This document shows positions 39,301 through 51,400 of a stretch of DNA of 64,000 nucleotides, in pieces. Under the pieces are notes generated by a model. That model ran no database searches and was not told the DNA's origin. It was given only the letters and a program-made list of their open reading frames with translations. This DNA comes from Phoronis australis. Taxonomy: Eukaryota; Animalia; Phoronida. The position numbers and the translations under genes are program-made. Position 1 is the stretch's first letter, and each line of letters begins with the position of its first letter. The DNA is taken from contig NMRA01000007.1 of assembly GCA_002633005.1 (NCBI GenBank), positions 1,448,416 through 1,512,415 of the forward strand, read 5' to 3'.

Positions 39301-42110
39301 CTAAAGAGGGTTTCAAGCACTTGCGAATTATCATTTTTTCCCAGGTCAGAAGAACAAATTGAGACCAACCTTGTAGCAATATGTGGCTTAAATTAAAAGT
39401 TACTTTCTTTCACAGTAGATGCAGGTCTAACACCCATAGCAGCTTTAGAACACAAGGAATGGATTGTATAAAACTTCATTAATTATCTGCTGGATTAAGC
39501 TTGATAGTTGCAAATCAAATGCATAGTTCTGCAACCCTCATATGGCACCCGATAACGCAACAAAGCAAATTTGTGTTATTAATCACTAACACTTTACAGA
39601 GGTCACGCATTATGAGATCCAGTTTTCTCCACATAAACAACGAAAGCATTAAAATGGTTCTCGAAATCTGGGTACACCGTAAGTGACTATCGCCCATTTT
39701 GTTATAGAAATCACTAAATTAGTTGGTAAAAGGTAGACTAAGTTAGCCTCTGAAAAATCAAAGAATTTTTTCCCATAACCTATCAATCATGTGTAGAGAT
39801 CTCAACAAGAAAACACAACATGAGACTCTCTGAGTTACATGGTTATTATTTTTAGACGTGCAACAAACAGGACATAATAAGAAACCATACCTTAGTGGCC
39901 TGATGCAAGACAGTACCAACAGCATGAGATGTGTCACCAAGAATTTGCTTCAGAATACATTCTCCATTTTCATCAGTTTCTTCTAAAACACATAAAAACT
40001 TGGGTAAACAAAGTCAATAATAACACAAGAATGAAGTTCAGTAATTGTACATTCATGAATAGTCATTACAAAAACTTCTCATTTGGTTTCAACTCCAGAC
40101 AATAACAGTTTCCAATTTGAGGGTAAATCCAGATATTAATCTATTCCATTGGTTCCCCTTTCCGTGTTCTTTTACTCATGATCAATTATCTACCATGGTT
40201 CAACGAATTCAATTTCAGAAACCAAACAGTTCACAAGATCACAGGTTTTAGTCCAGAATATATCAATTTATTTTAGCCAGTGCTTTATTGCAGTGACGTC
40301 ATAACTCATAATTACTCAACTCCACACAAGGGTACCTTAGATCAGTACTCCTGATAAACAGGCTTCTTGACCACAGTGGCTCTTGTATAATTCTATAGGC
40401 AAAGAACAAGGTGTTTTGAAAAGGGTTGAGTTTCTAAACAATGCTCATAAGTAACACACAAGGTATTGACAGTTATTGATATCTGGACTTTGGTAAAGCT
40501 GGCTGGCTAACCCACTGAGCGACATAAGCGGCAGACTCAGGGGCACCCCCCTAAGTTAGAGACAAATGCAACCTGCAGTGAAAGGAGCCTCCAGGTCAAA
40601 TCTAGTTTAGAGTTCTCCCAAACGTTAGGACCAGTCCTAGTTTCTATAAGATGTGCTTATTCTGTTGTCTTCAGAAATCAGATGCGAATGAGGAATGGAT
40701 GTAAAACTACAAGCAGGCACAAATGCAAACAGTCAAAATGGTGATATCACAGCCTCTCTGCTACACTCTACTCGCCAGCACAAGATGGCCAGTAAGAGTC
40801 AATTTTGTTGGTGATTGTGTAGTGCAGTGGCAGAACTGCAGTCATTGCACGCACACCCAATGTAAATGAAGGGTGCTGTTCACATAGGCAATGACCATTG
40901 CCTCTGTTGGCCCGACCAGAGGCGATGCAGCTGCTATAGGCGCTCCATAGGCTGGAAGATTTTTGTCGAATTATGCCTCGCACCGACTAAAACATAAAAG
41001 TCACCTTGTTATAAATACGTACCTTTTGCGCATAGAGGAACACCTTACTTGCATCACCCAGCGAGCGAGGTAAAAATTGGAGCGTGCGCAGTATAAAAAT
41101 GGTGAGTTCACGATTTTGGGAAATGAACGATTGACTGTTCGAACAAAAAGTTCGATAACGGAAGTATTTGTTCGAGTTGGAAGGAATTAAACACACCGAC
41201 AACCTCCCAAGGTGTCCCTCTATGCGCAAAAGGTATTTATAACAACATGACTTTTATGCTTTAGCCAGTGCGAAGCATAATTCACCGAAAAGCTTCCGGC
41301 GTATGGAGCGCCTATAAGAGCTGCATCGCCTCTGGTCGGGCCAAAAGAGGCGATGGTCATTGCCTACTGTTCACATACAATAGGCCTTTTGAAAGTGATG
41401 TAAAATGTCAGAGATAGAAGTACTTAATGAATGTTGTTTTAGTATACAACTGTCCAGTTGACCTGTGTAAGTAAACACAGCTCAACTCAAGGCTTATGGT
41501 CCGGCTGAGAAGATAATTCTTTTATTACCCCTGATGGATTCTGATAGCCCGAGCCCCCAAGAATGAATTGTTACTGAGAGCCAATCTGATGTCTCTGCCG
41601 GTTGACTCAATGCCCTGGCAAAGTATACCCTGCACACAAGACACACTAACAGATTGACCATGGCACAGTGCAAGGCACTCATTGGCATGAGTCATGACTG
41701 ATTGGCCACAAGACATTCTGAATCAGTGAATGTCATTCACCAGGCGCCGGTACGTTCCGTAGACGTAGCCACAGGCGAACAGAGACATGAGAACCTCGCG
41801 AAAACGCAATACCACACAAAACTTCGCCATGTGTTACCAATGAAGCGCGCGATCAAACTGACTTCTTTCGTGAAATTCTTGCATCTACGCCTACGGAACT
41901 CAACCCTGTTCACATACACACTACACAGTCACACACCCAGGCCAGTTCCAACTCAATTACTCAAAGTCAATCAACCGTCGCCCAGTAAACGACACAGTTA
42001 GGAGACAAGTGCAAGCTCGTACTTTCACAGTGAGAGAGGATGCTCCGAACAACATCGGCTCGACCTGCTTGCACAGCTTCTCTCAAGCTGTCAACAGCTT
42101 CTTGAACCAT
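22502..42110 (-). CDS. Ankyrin-repeat + GH20 (beta-N-acetylhexosaminidase-fold) protein, 21 coding exons, about 903 aa; probable pseudo-enzyme
   Basis: All introns are GT-AG and phase-consistent, 2712 nt total. Exons: 42023-42110, 39891-39982, 38601-38755, 37735-37865, 36910-37045, 35641-35857, 34919-35078, 34415-34605, 33873-33974, 32935-33006, 32532-32653, 31344-31490, 30602-30806, 29936-29982, 29709-29750, 28416-28602, 27431-27563, 26704-26810, 25566-25690, 23352-23471, 22502-22634. Ankyrin motifs: GTVLHQA, GLTPVDLA, NTPLHWAA, GHTPLHDA. GH20 motifs: LLWPLPQR, ESY, ISDWPNLSSRGVLLDVS, KINQVHLY, EYGFQADYDF, VCPGTAAWNS, GMVVCDWSGKGH, GLAWN. Confidence 0.88.
24062..25153 (+). mobile_element. 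Non-autonomous Helentron-associated (HINE / pearl-like) element
   Basis: 5' aacaagag start with subterminal repeat atgcgcccaca (24087-24097); tandem core of about 145-160 bp (gccactag units, 24460-24945); (GGAC)n at 25082-25106; 3' hairpin atgcgtccacat-ataaat-atgtgggcgcat (25122-25151). Confidence 0.7.
25248..25648 (-). repeat. Five-unit, about 85-bp tandem amplification of an exon 3' end plus its splice donor
   Basis: Unit ctacaggcacacaacatcaggtcacatgtcag...gtagactagacttac; the rightmost copy lies within exon 25566-25690. Confidence 0.85.
26350..26683. mobile_element. MITE family member; related copies near 31530-31846, 19770-19950 and, inverted, 18940-19130
   Basis: TIRs acccgccttccatc and gatggaatgcgggt; shared internal ccacttaccg...gagaccaggct motifs between copies. 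Confidence 0.55.
30775..31030 (-). repeat. Four-unit, about 70-bp tandem amplification of a splice acceptor plus exon start
   Basis: tcaga(c)...gaccaatgttgataa.gctag units start at 30781, 30850, 30922 and 30996; the first overlaps exon 30602-30806. Confidence 0.8.
34387..34414. repeat. (CA)n microsatellite forming the splice donor of exon 34415-34605
   Basis: The minus strand reads CAG|GTGTGTGT... Confidence 0.8.
40885..41366. mobile_element. MITE with long TIRs and a 9-bp TSD (Mutator/MULE-like)
   Basis: About 160-bp TIRs (taggcaatgaccattgcctc... / ...gaggcgatggtcattgccta) flanked by a perfect 9-bp direct repeat ctgttcaca (40876-40884 and 41367-41375). Confidence 0.85.
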
Positions 42111-42499
42111 CTTGAAATCTATCTGCGGTGACGAAACATGATTCGCTTGCTTAGTTGCTATTCCCTGCCGCAGCAACACAAGCAGCCGAACGTGTCAACC
42201 ACAAATAACTGGGTCACGCACTACTTTTAGTAAAACTACGCGATTTACATAAATAAAATATTTGACATTTTAACTGGTTCATAATGGCACAAAATTTGTA
42301 AAAACATTAAAAAATGATGTTATCTATTATCACATGAGATTTTGTCAACTACATACGTACAATTTTTATGTACTTGTCAGGCGTAAGTATCGCAAAAGTG
42401 GGTTCCAAGGCACTTCCGTTTCTGTCCACAGTGAGCAGCTGACTCGGAGTTGTAGAACGCACGGTTTACCTGCTTACAGTCGACTTAAAACTGGTGGAA
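42111..42499. promoter_or_regulatory. Bidirectional promoter region between the ANK-GH20 gene and GLRX5
   Basis: Divergent start codons 389 bp apart; ETS-type CACTTCCG at 42411-42418. Confidence 0.65.
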
Positions 42500-45400
42500 A
42501 TGAATTCACTACGTCGTATTGCTGGTCTGACGTGTAGACAGAACACTTTGCAGTTTATTCGAGCGGCATACAGTGCTGGCACTGGTTCGAAGGCATCTAT
42601 AGATGCGATCGTAAAGAATAATAAACTGGTTGTTTTTATGAAAGGAACTCCAGATCAGCCAATGTGCGGTTTTAGCAAGGCCGTCGTCCAGATTCTGAAC
42701 AGACATGGAGTGGAGGCGTTCGACAGTCATAATGTTCTTGAAGATGAAGATCTCAGACAAGGTTGGATTGAAAATTCAATGTTTTATGTTTGACTGATGC
42801 AATCTATGACTTAGCAGTTGGAATTCGGCCCAAATCGGAATATTCCAATACGGGTCAGATTCCAACTTGAATAATGGTCGGAGCATAGTAACTCAATACT
42901 CCAATAGGCAATAGCTTCACTGGCCCAGTTCAGACGGTGGTACCTGAAAATTTGGCCAAATATGCCAATTTTTGTTGTCCACCGGGCAAACTTTTTTAAC
43001 GCTCTCATTGTGTATTGGTCAGTATATTCTGTGTCATAACCTGGTCAGCCAAATATGTCTTTTTGCGTTGACAAATTACATGAGGTTCACATCCGGGTGA
43101 GGAATTTAGTCACAGCTCGTGTGTGTAATTAAGAGACGTTGGTCTGAGGATTTACACTGCGGTTTTGGTGTCTGCTGTCCCACAGGACTAAGATTGAAAA
43201 CATTGTTATGTAGCCAACAAGGCTGGTAGTGACACAACTCCCGGTTTAATAGACTTGAGATGTTGTCAGTCAATTGCAAAAGGTTTTGATGTAATTTTGA
43301 TCAATAGTCACTTTGAAAAGTTTGCCAAGTGCATAGCAAACATGAAATCATTTCTCTGAAAAGTTGTGACATGAGAAATATGAGCTAACCAGAATGAACA
43401 GTTTATTATTTAAAATGACTTATTCTTATTAAAATGACCTAGGCAAAAAATTGAATTTCGGACCTCAAAAGCGAGGCCCTCTATATTAATATGGGCGCCC
43501 TAGACGAAAGGGGGTCGAAGAGCGGGGCCTTCTATATTAATATGGAGGCCCCGCCGAAAGGCGGCCGGATAGCGGGGCGCCTATATTAATATAGAGGGCC
43601 CTGCCGAAAGGTGGCCGATAAGTGGGGCCTTCTATATTAATATAAGTGGCCCCGCTCTCTGGCCGCCTTTTGGTGAGGACCCCTATTATAATGAGGCCTT
43701 GCCGAAAGGTGGCCGGAGAGCGGGGCCTGTTATATTAATATAGAGGGCCCTGCCAGAGAACGGCTGATGAGTGAGGTCCTCTATATTAATATAGAAGGTC
43801 CCGCTCTCTGGCCGCCTTCCGGCGAGGCCCTCTATATTAATATAAAGGGCCCTGCTTTTCAACTGCCTTTCAGCGAGGTCTCCTATAATAGTACAGGGGG
43901 CCTCGCCGAAAGGCGGCCAGAGATTGCGGCCCCCGATATTAATGTAGGGTCCCCTCCGGAAGGCAGCCTATGAGCGAGGCCCACTACATTAATATAGAAG
44001 GCACCGTCGGAAGGTGACTGACGAGCGAGTCTTCACATGAAAAAATTCACGTCATGTCCTCTTCCAGTTGTGGCACCCCAGGACTATTGAAAAATGATGA
44101 AAAGAGGTCAGAGCCGCAATTTTTAATACAACTTCCAGTTAAGCAGCACTGATAATAGCATTCTACAAAAAATATCAGACGAAAAAATTTGAAGCACTTG
44201 GGCATCGCAAACAGCATACTTCTTGTGACATCTATTTGTATCGTAAAAATGGCCACCAGATGGCACAAAACATGTCAAGTCCATTCGAAAACTGAAACAT
44301 CGTTTCTTTAATAGAAAGTATTTACCAATTTCCATAAAAATCTGTCAAGAAACTTCAGAGAAACAAAGGAAGATCGAAAAATGGAATGGCCGCTAGGGGG
44401 CAATGCACCTGAAAGTTGTCAATATCTGTTCTCAACATGATAGGAATACATTTGTTAAATTTAATAAAGATCCTGCAGTAGGCTTAGGACATACAGCTAT
44501 AGGCGCAAAAAAGCTAGGAGGCGCCACGGTTGTCAGTCGTCATCGTCAGCTGTACTCTTCATACTGAGAACAGATATACCAATTTTCACAATAATCCATA
44601 GAATGGTTTGGTTGATAGAGGAGCGGATACCAAAAAACCAATTGGAAAAACATAAATGGCCACTAGGTGGTGCAAAATGCCTCATATAATTCGGAAAACA
44701 GGGAGATAGCATCATGTCACCAATAAACTGCCACTAGGAGGTGCCACAGTAGCCAGAGTAATCCGAAAATCATCGTCAGGCTTTCTCTTCATAGTAAGAA
44801 CATACATACCAATTTTTAAGAGCGGTTTGGTAGATGCCAAAAAACAGTAAAAATGGTCATTAGGTGGTGCAAAATACCTTGACTCCTTCCAAAAACAGGA
44901 ATATAGCATCATCCTACTAATAGGTGCCTATATGCCAAGTTTCACAAAAATCCGTAGACGACCTTTAAAGATACAGAGGTAAATGTAAAAAAATAAATTG
45001 CTACTAGGGGTCACAACGGTAGTCAGATCGGTCCGAAATTCGTCCTCTTCTGTCGTCATCTTCATATGAACCCATCTGTCAAATTTGGTGAAGATACTTT
45101 GAGGGGTTCAGGAGATACAGCTGTAGACGCTGGACGCCCAGACAGAGATGAAGGCAATTTGCACCCACATATAGGTATGTGGGCGCATAGAAATGCGACC
45201 TCTATGAGCATTTGAATCTGACTTCGAAAACAAAATAGCTAACACGTCCGCCATCTTGAATCTGATCATGATGAACCACCTTAGGCTTCCAGCACTTCGG
45301 GGACTAGAAGTTGTGGGTGAATCTTTTGCCAATTGGACAAATGGTGCAACCTGTATGTAGAGTGCAGACAAAGTGAAAGCGCTCCAAGGAGCGAAACTTG

Positions 45401-48400
45401 GCGAAATTAGCCAAAAAGGTGACGATAAAGATGATGACGAAGATGACGAATATGACGACGATGGTGGCGAGGATGAACAAAAGAAGTAATAATAACATAC
45501 ACATGACGAACGTAGAAGTCCGAAATCTGTAAGCAAAAGGCTACAGTCTTGAGCGACACTTATACTTTTACTTGGTTAAAGTCATGTCTTGAACAAATCC
45601 ACTACAACTACACGGGTGAGAAACAACATGACCGCCGGTCCTCTTAAATCGGATCGACTCACCCAAAACAGGACCTCCGGGGATCAAATGGTACCGTCGC
45701 ACCAGAAAATAAGACTGACGCACCTAAAAACATGACCGCCCCACCAGAAAACAGGACCGCCGGGAACTGAACATGACCGCTGGGGATTTAAACCGCAGTG
45801 ACAAACAAGCTAAGATTTATTACCAGTAGGCCTACACTGATCATACTATGGAGCATGTCTTGTGCCGATTAATCCAATGAAATCTTTTGTGCGCTACAGG
45901 ACATTTCGCTTTGTAACACGCGGTGCTTCTGAGTTTTAACCACAAACCAACCACGTTGCACACTTTTGAGGTAAATAATTATAACTTTATCCACTGCGTA
46001 AGTTTTAGAACAAAATGAGAATGTTTTCTCCAATTTGACATTTTAGTCAAGAAAAAAAATGGCTGTTTTGGTTCTCGGGTGAAGCATCATAACAAGCCTT
46101 TGTGCGGCAAAGCAGTATACTAAATATACAGCTTGGCGCTGACGTGGGTAAAACACTGAACATATAAAATCTTCACCGAATTAGTGTTATTAACGACACT
46201 TTTCCTTGAGTAAACTAAATTATTTATCGGTGCTCGCCGGGAAAAATTGTCGTTCTGTCGTTATTCTGCTGCTAAAATTGAGATGCGTTCTTTTAAGTCG
46301 GCTTACATTGACCAGTTCCTTAATTTTTTCACCGTTCAGTCAGCTCTTCTTCTCTTCTACGAGGTTGCGTACATGGCACAACAAATTGTCGGAACTGGTT
46401 TCATTTCGACATAAGTTTTTAGTATTTTAATACCAGCAAATCGAATTTCAGAACAAATCGTGGTGCTGCGAAGTTGAGTCATCATCTTCCGAAAGGTGTT
46501 GCAAAATTTTATGACATGTCGCGTGCTCATGTCACGAGCGCGACAGACTTTTTTGTTACATTAGGCAAACAAATGACGTTCATTTGATTGTTTTTCACTG
46601 AAGCGGCTGCAACCTGCAAGGTTAGTGTTGATTGACTCCTAGATTTTGCATGCGCCTGCTCCGCTCTCTAGCTCTACATGTTGATATAAGTTTACGATGA
46701 GGTGACGAGCAGAACTATACCCGGGCTGTGGGAAATTTCGGGGATGTAACGGAGCTCAATAACGCAGTGCTACCAAGCTTTATTTTGGAGAGTCTTTACA
46801 CAGCTAGCTGACCGGTTACATAATCACAAGCAGTATCATACAAAGACATTGATAACTACATATTGTCCGATGGTCATATTCAGTCCCCGGCGGTCCTGTT
46901 TTCTGGTGGGGCGGTCATGTTTTTAGGTGAGCCAGTCCCATTGTCTGGTGCGACGGTCCCATTTGACCCCCGGAGGTCCTGTTTTGGGTGAGTCAGTATA
47001 CAGCTTTACAGCGATGTAGTTAAAAAATAACCAAAAATGTTACAAAAAATTAGTCACTAAAAACGACACTCTTACTGGAGTAAACTTAATTATTTACCGC
47101 ATTGTTGGAAAAATTGGCGTTGTTCTACCATTATTCTGCAGCTAATATTGTGGTGCGATCTTTTGCTTGGCTTCGGCGCCATAATATATTGCGTCGCCTA
47201 TTGGCCACTTTCTTAATTCACCGATTCCTCAATCTACTGTTCTCCCACGAGGTTGAGTACATGTCACAATAAATTATCAGAACTGGCGTTATTTCGTTAC
47301 AAGTTTTCAGTATTTTAATACTAGGAAACTGAATTTTAGAACAAAATTTGCTGCTGCGAAGCTGTCATATCATATCCTGAGAGATGTCGCAAATTAATAA
47401 ATTGCGCGTGCGCGTGTCACAAGCGAATTGCTTTCTAAACGATGACGGACTATTCTTTGTTAAAAAAAGACAAAGAATTATGCAACAAAATGACGTTTAT
47501 TAGATTTTTTTTACTTTAACATTTGCAAAGGGCAAGGTGAGTGTCGGATAACTCCCAGATTTTGCATGCACAGGCCGACGGTCGTTAGCTGCACCACGGA
47601 GTAGTACAACATAATAGTCCTAGGCTCTACATGTACATGTTAATAATATTTCACGAGATGACAAGCAGAACTACCGGGGCTGTGTGAAATTTCGGGGTCT
47701 AACGGAGATACACAGTGGTACCTAAGTCACCCAGCTAGCTATATGAAGACTAATGTCAAAATCCACTTTATTGTGTTCCTGCAGGGCTCGATGTTATGAA
47801 AATCGCCAGGTCGCATTTTGCAACCTAGCCAAAATCCCAGGTCGCATTTTCAAAATGTAGCTCCCATTCATAAATGCCAGGTCGCAAAATTTTACCGCTA
47901 TTTTTACGTGCTAAAATTGATTTTAAGATCACCAAGAAAATGTTTAGGTTATGCTCAAAATCTAAATAACACACCGAGTAGGTCTACATTTATACTATCC
48001 TAACTTGGGTCCTATATTTTTGTGCCGAATAAACGTAGTCGTGATCATGAGTGTTGCTGTATTGCAAAATCATTCTCCTGGGCTGATTTGAAAAATTAAA
48101 AGTTTTACCAATTATTTTTTTCACTCCTCTTTTCAAATATTGCATCAAAAACTACACAAAATGCTCTCCATAAAAAGTATGGTCATCTAGGCTGGATTGT
48201 AATCAGCTGATGGGAAGCCAATTATCCTCAAAGGTGACTGGATGAATAGAGCAGCTAGGAGGGATCCTTTGATCCTCAACCCAGCCAGTGCTGCAACACA
48301 TTCAAGGTGGATAAATACCCTCTAGTTAAATCTGTTGGACCCCACTGTTTTCCCTGATCAGTAGGATTTGACATCTTTGATAAACCTCATTTAGTGGGAA

Positions 48401-51400
48401 TGTTCATGACCTTGTTTTAAGATATTTGGCTACATTGGAGAGAGATTCCCTCATATTGTTGAGAACAGTGGTGGATTTAGGGGGGGGGGNNNNNNNNNNN
48501 NNNNNNNNNNNNNNNNNNNNNNNNNNNNNNNNNNNNNNNNNNNNNNNNNNNNAATGCATAGGCCTTGAACAAATCCCGTTTTTTTAGTAATAAGGTCCAC
48601 GAACCCAAAAATTCGAGTCCCCCTACATCCCTACATTTTAGGCTGGGTGCACACATGAGGTAATTACTGAGACCTTCCCCCCATCTCAAAATCCTGAAGA
48701 GATACAAAAATTGATGAATTTTGCATAAAAAAGTGAAATATTTAACATTCAGTGGTCCAAAACCACCTCAATTTCTCTCTACCAACAGTGTCATGGCCCT
48801 ACTTTCAGAAACCCCCAAATCACACTCACAGACTCCCTGTGCTTTTGCTCTGCATTACATAACCTGATCTGATAACAAGCCTACACTGCTGAGGAAGATC
48901 TTTGTGTAGGGTACTGATTCCATAACATTTATATCAATTTTATTTAATGTTCATTACGAAATCTTCAGAATACAATGAATATACATAACCCAGAAAGCGC
49001 CAAGAGGCATTAGATCTGGGTAAAAAAATACAAAGAAGTCTATATACAATTATTATATACGAATACATAATAAAAAAACTGATGTTAAGAATACAATGAT
49101 ATATGACAACGAATGAAAATAATTCATTTTCATACAGATGTATAAAATTCTATCCACTCACACAAAGAGATTTAATGTTATAAAGAAATTCTGATACTAT
49201 TTCAAATAAAACCTTATTTTCGTTTGAGTTAAGTTCTTGACATCCATATAGAAAGAAATTAATTTTGTTGTACAATTGCGGAATTTCAGAATATTTTTTG
49301 TAAATATTGGGGTATTGTTCGAGTGCCTGGAAGACCTGTACCCTCTCCTCCTTGCATACCTCACAAGCAAAGAAAACATGAGGATATGTCTGGGTATCTC
49401 CACAGGAATACAGAGGCTTTTGCTCTGCATTACATAACCTGATCTGATGACAAGTCTACACTGCTGAGGAAGATCTTTGTGTAGGGTTCTGATTACATAA
49501 CATTTATATCAATAAAAAGAGCTTTAACTGGTTTAGCTACAGTTGATGGCCTAGGATAAGCATTGAAGTGGGAAATGCACCTAGACCAATGTTTGAGTAA
49601 AACTTGACCCTTAGCCAATGTGACATTGAAGCATGTACGGTATACGAAAGCAATGTGACACTTGGGTGAAGCATATCATCCAAAAGTTTGTGGTGACCTG
49701 AGAGTGCTGAATAAAGTCGGAAATATTGTGTGTAGTATGCCATTAGTTTCCATAAACTGATTAAATCGTTGAATTTCTAATGTAATTCCCCTAGCTTTGC
49801 GGGACTTTTTGACAATCAACATTCCGGTTATGTTACTTATGCTCAAATTCCCTGCAATTTCTGTCACGATTCAACAAACTATTTCTAATGAAGCTATGTG
49901 TTAAGGACACTCTTGATCAAACGAACAATGCGTGATAGTAATATTAATAAATACAGTGCAACAGGTGGCCTCATTTCTTGTTGTGGTTCAATGCACAGCT
50001 TTGCTGAATCTCGAGAAAATTGAACTTTTCAGTGAATTTAGGGACGGGAGCTACGTGAGGAATTATGTAGAAGCATTTCCATGCAAGTTTTATCATTTAC
50101 CAGTTAGCTGTATTACACCCATGGCATAGATCTGGAAGGTTAAACAATAGCTTGCGAAATCCACAAAACATCATTTGGCATGGGAAACCATAAAAATATA
50201 TTTAGAACAACACACACTAGTTTTTGCCCATGTTAAATTGAAGGTTGCTTCAACTGTGCTTATTGGGATAATATAATTTTGTTGTAGCATCCAATCTCCA
50301 ACAAATTACATTCTTTTGCTTTTGATATATAGAAAATATACTTTTACAGTAGCATGCCAAATATCTTACTTTTTATCATCAAATGTGGGCTTTTTGACGA
50401 AAGACAATTTGAAAAAATTCGAAACAAACCCATATCTAAACTAAAGTAATTCTTTCTTTTTCTTTTTCTTTTTTGATGCGAATTAGTTTTAAATTTAAGT
50501 ATTAGTTTTCTGAGTAGACTTGAAAGTTCTCTACACATTGATGTTACTCAGCCCTGGCAGTTGTTATGTTGACCACAACGGTGTGAGGAGCTAGAATGTG
50601 ACATGCACATAGAACAATTTGTAGGTCAGCACATTGACATGACAATAAAACCCAGTGGACTCCCTCATTTATGCTGAAAGTAAAGTCACTGTGATTTTTA
50701 GAACTGATAAACTAGTTATGTTATGGCTAGTTTTAGATCACCTCCAGTTTTAAAATATTTAGGGAAGTTCATTACCTTATTCTAAAACTTTGAAATAACT
50801 TGAAGATAAGAGATGGCTGTGATCATACTGAAAGATCAGATATATCCAACAAGAATTTATCGAAAACAGCATGAATAGAATATCCAACATTAGGGACACT
50901 CTCACCAGTCAAGATTGGGCAACTCCACCGGTTTACATGCAACATAGCTCCAGTGAGGCACACTAGTAATTATGGGCTACCATCTGCCTAGGCAACACGT
51001 AGCCTCTCGGTTGGCCGGTTACGGGCTGCAATACTTCCCATCGCTTTCTGTACGAATTTCATCCCATATATTTTAAACGGGCGGTAGGCCAAATCCGGCC
51101 ACTGATTTGGAGTTTTCACCTCGTCAAAAATACATTTCACACTTAAACCTATCATTTAAAAAGAGCTTCTTCAGTGATCCTTTCTACTTTTACACATATC
51201 TTCGATGAAGCTTAGCTAGGAGAATTAAGGTAACTTTGGCGAAGAATTCCAACTCCACTTTTTTGGTCACCGTTAACTACAAAGTAGGCAGGCTGCGGCA
51301 TCCAGGGCGATGCCTACCGGCTGCCGAATATTGAACACAAATTAATTATGACCCTGGAATCATGAGCTTCAAGTTGAAGCAAAAGTTTTTTTTTGTTGCA

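Noticed and set aside
43470-44035. CRISPR-like repeat/spacer appearance
   Set aside because: The spacers are copies of one sequence rather than unique, the repeats are degenerate, there are no cas genes, and the context is a eukaryotic intron.
45108-45536. 142-aa Ser-rich ORF
   Set aside because: It derives from a GAT/GAC simple repeat and a HINE tail; no domain is recognisable.
49500-50400. Possible decayed transposase inside the foldback-like span
   Set aside because: The frames I translated showed frequent stops and no recognisable motif; a BLASTX search would be needed.
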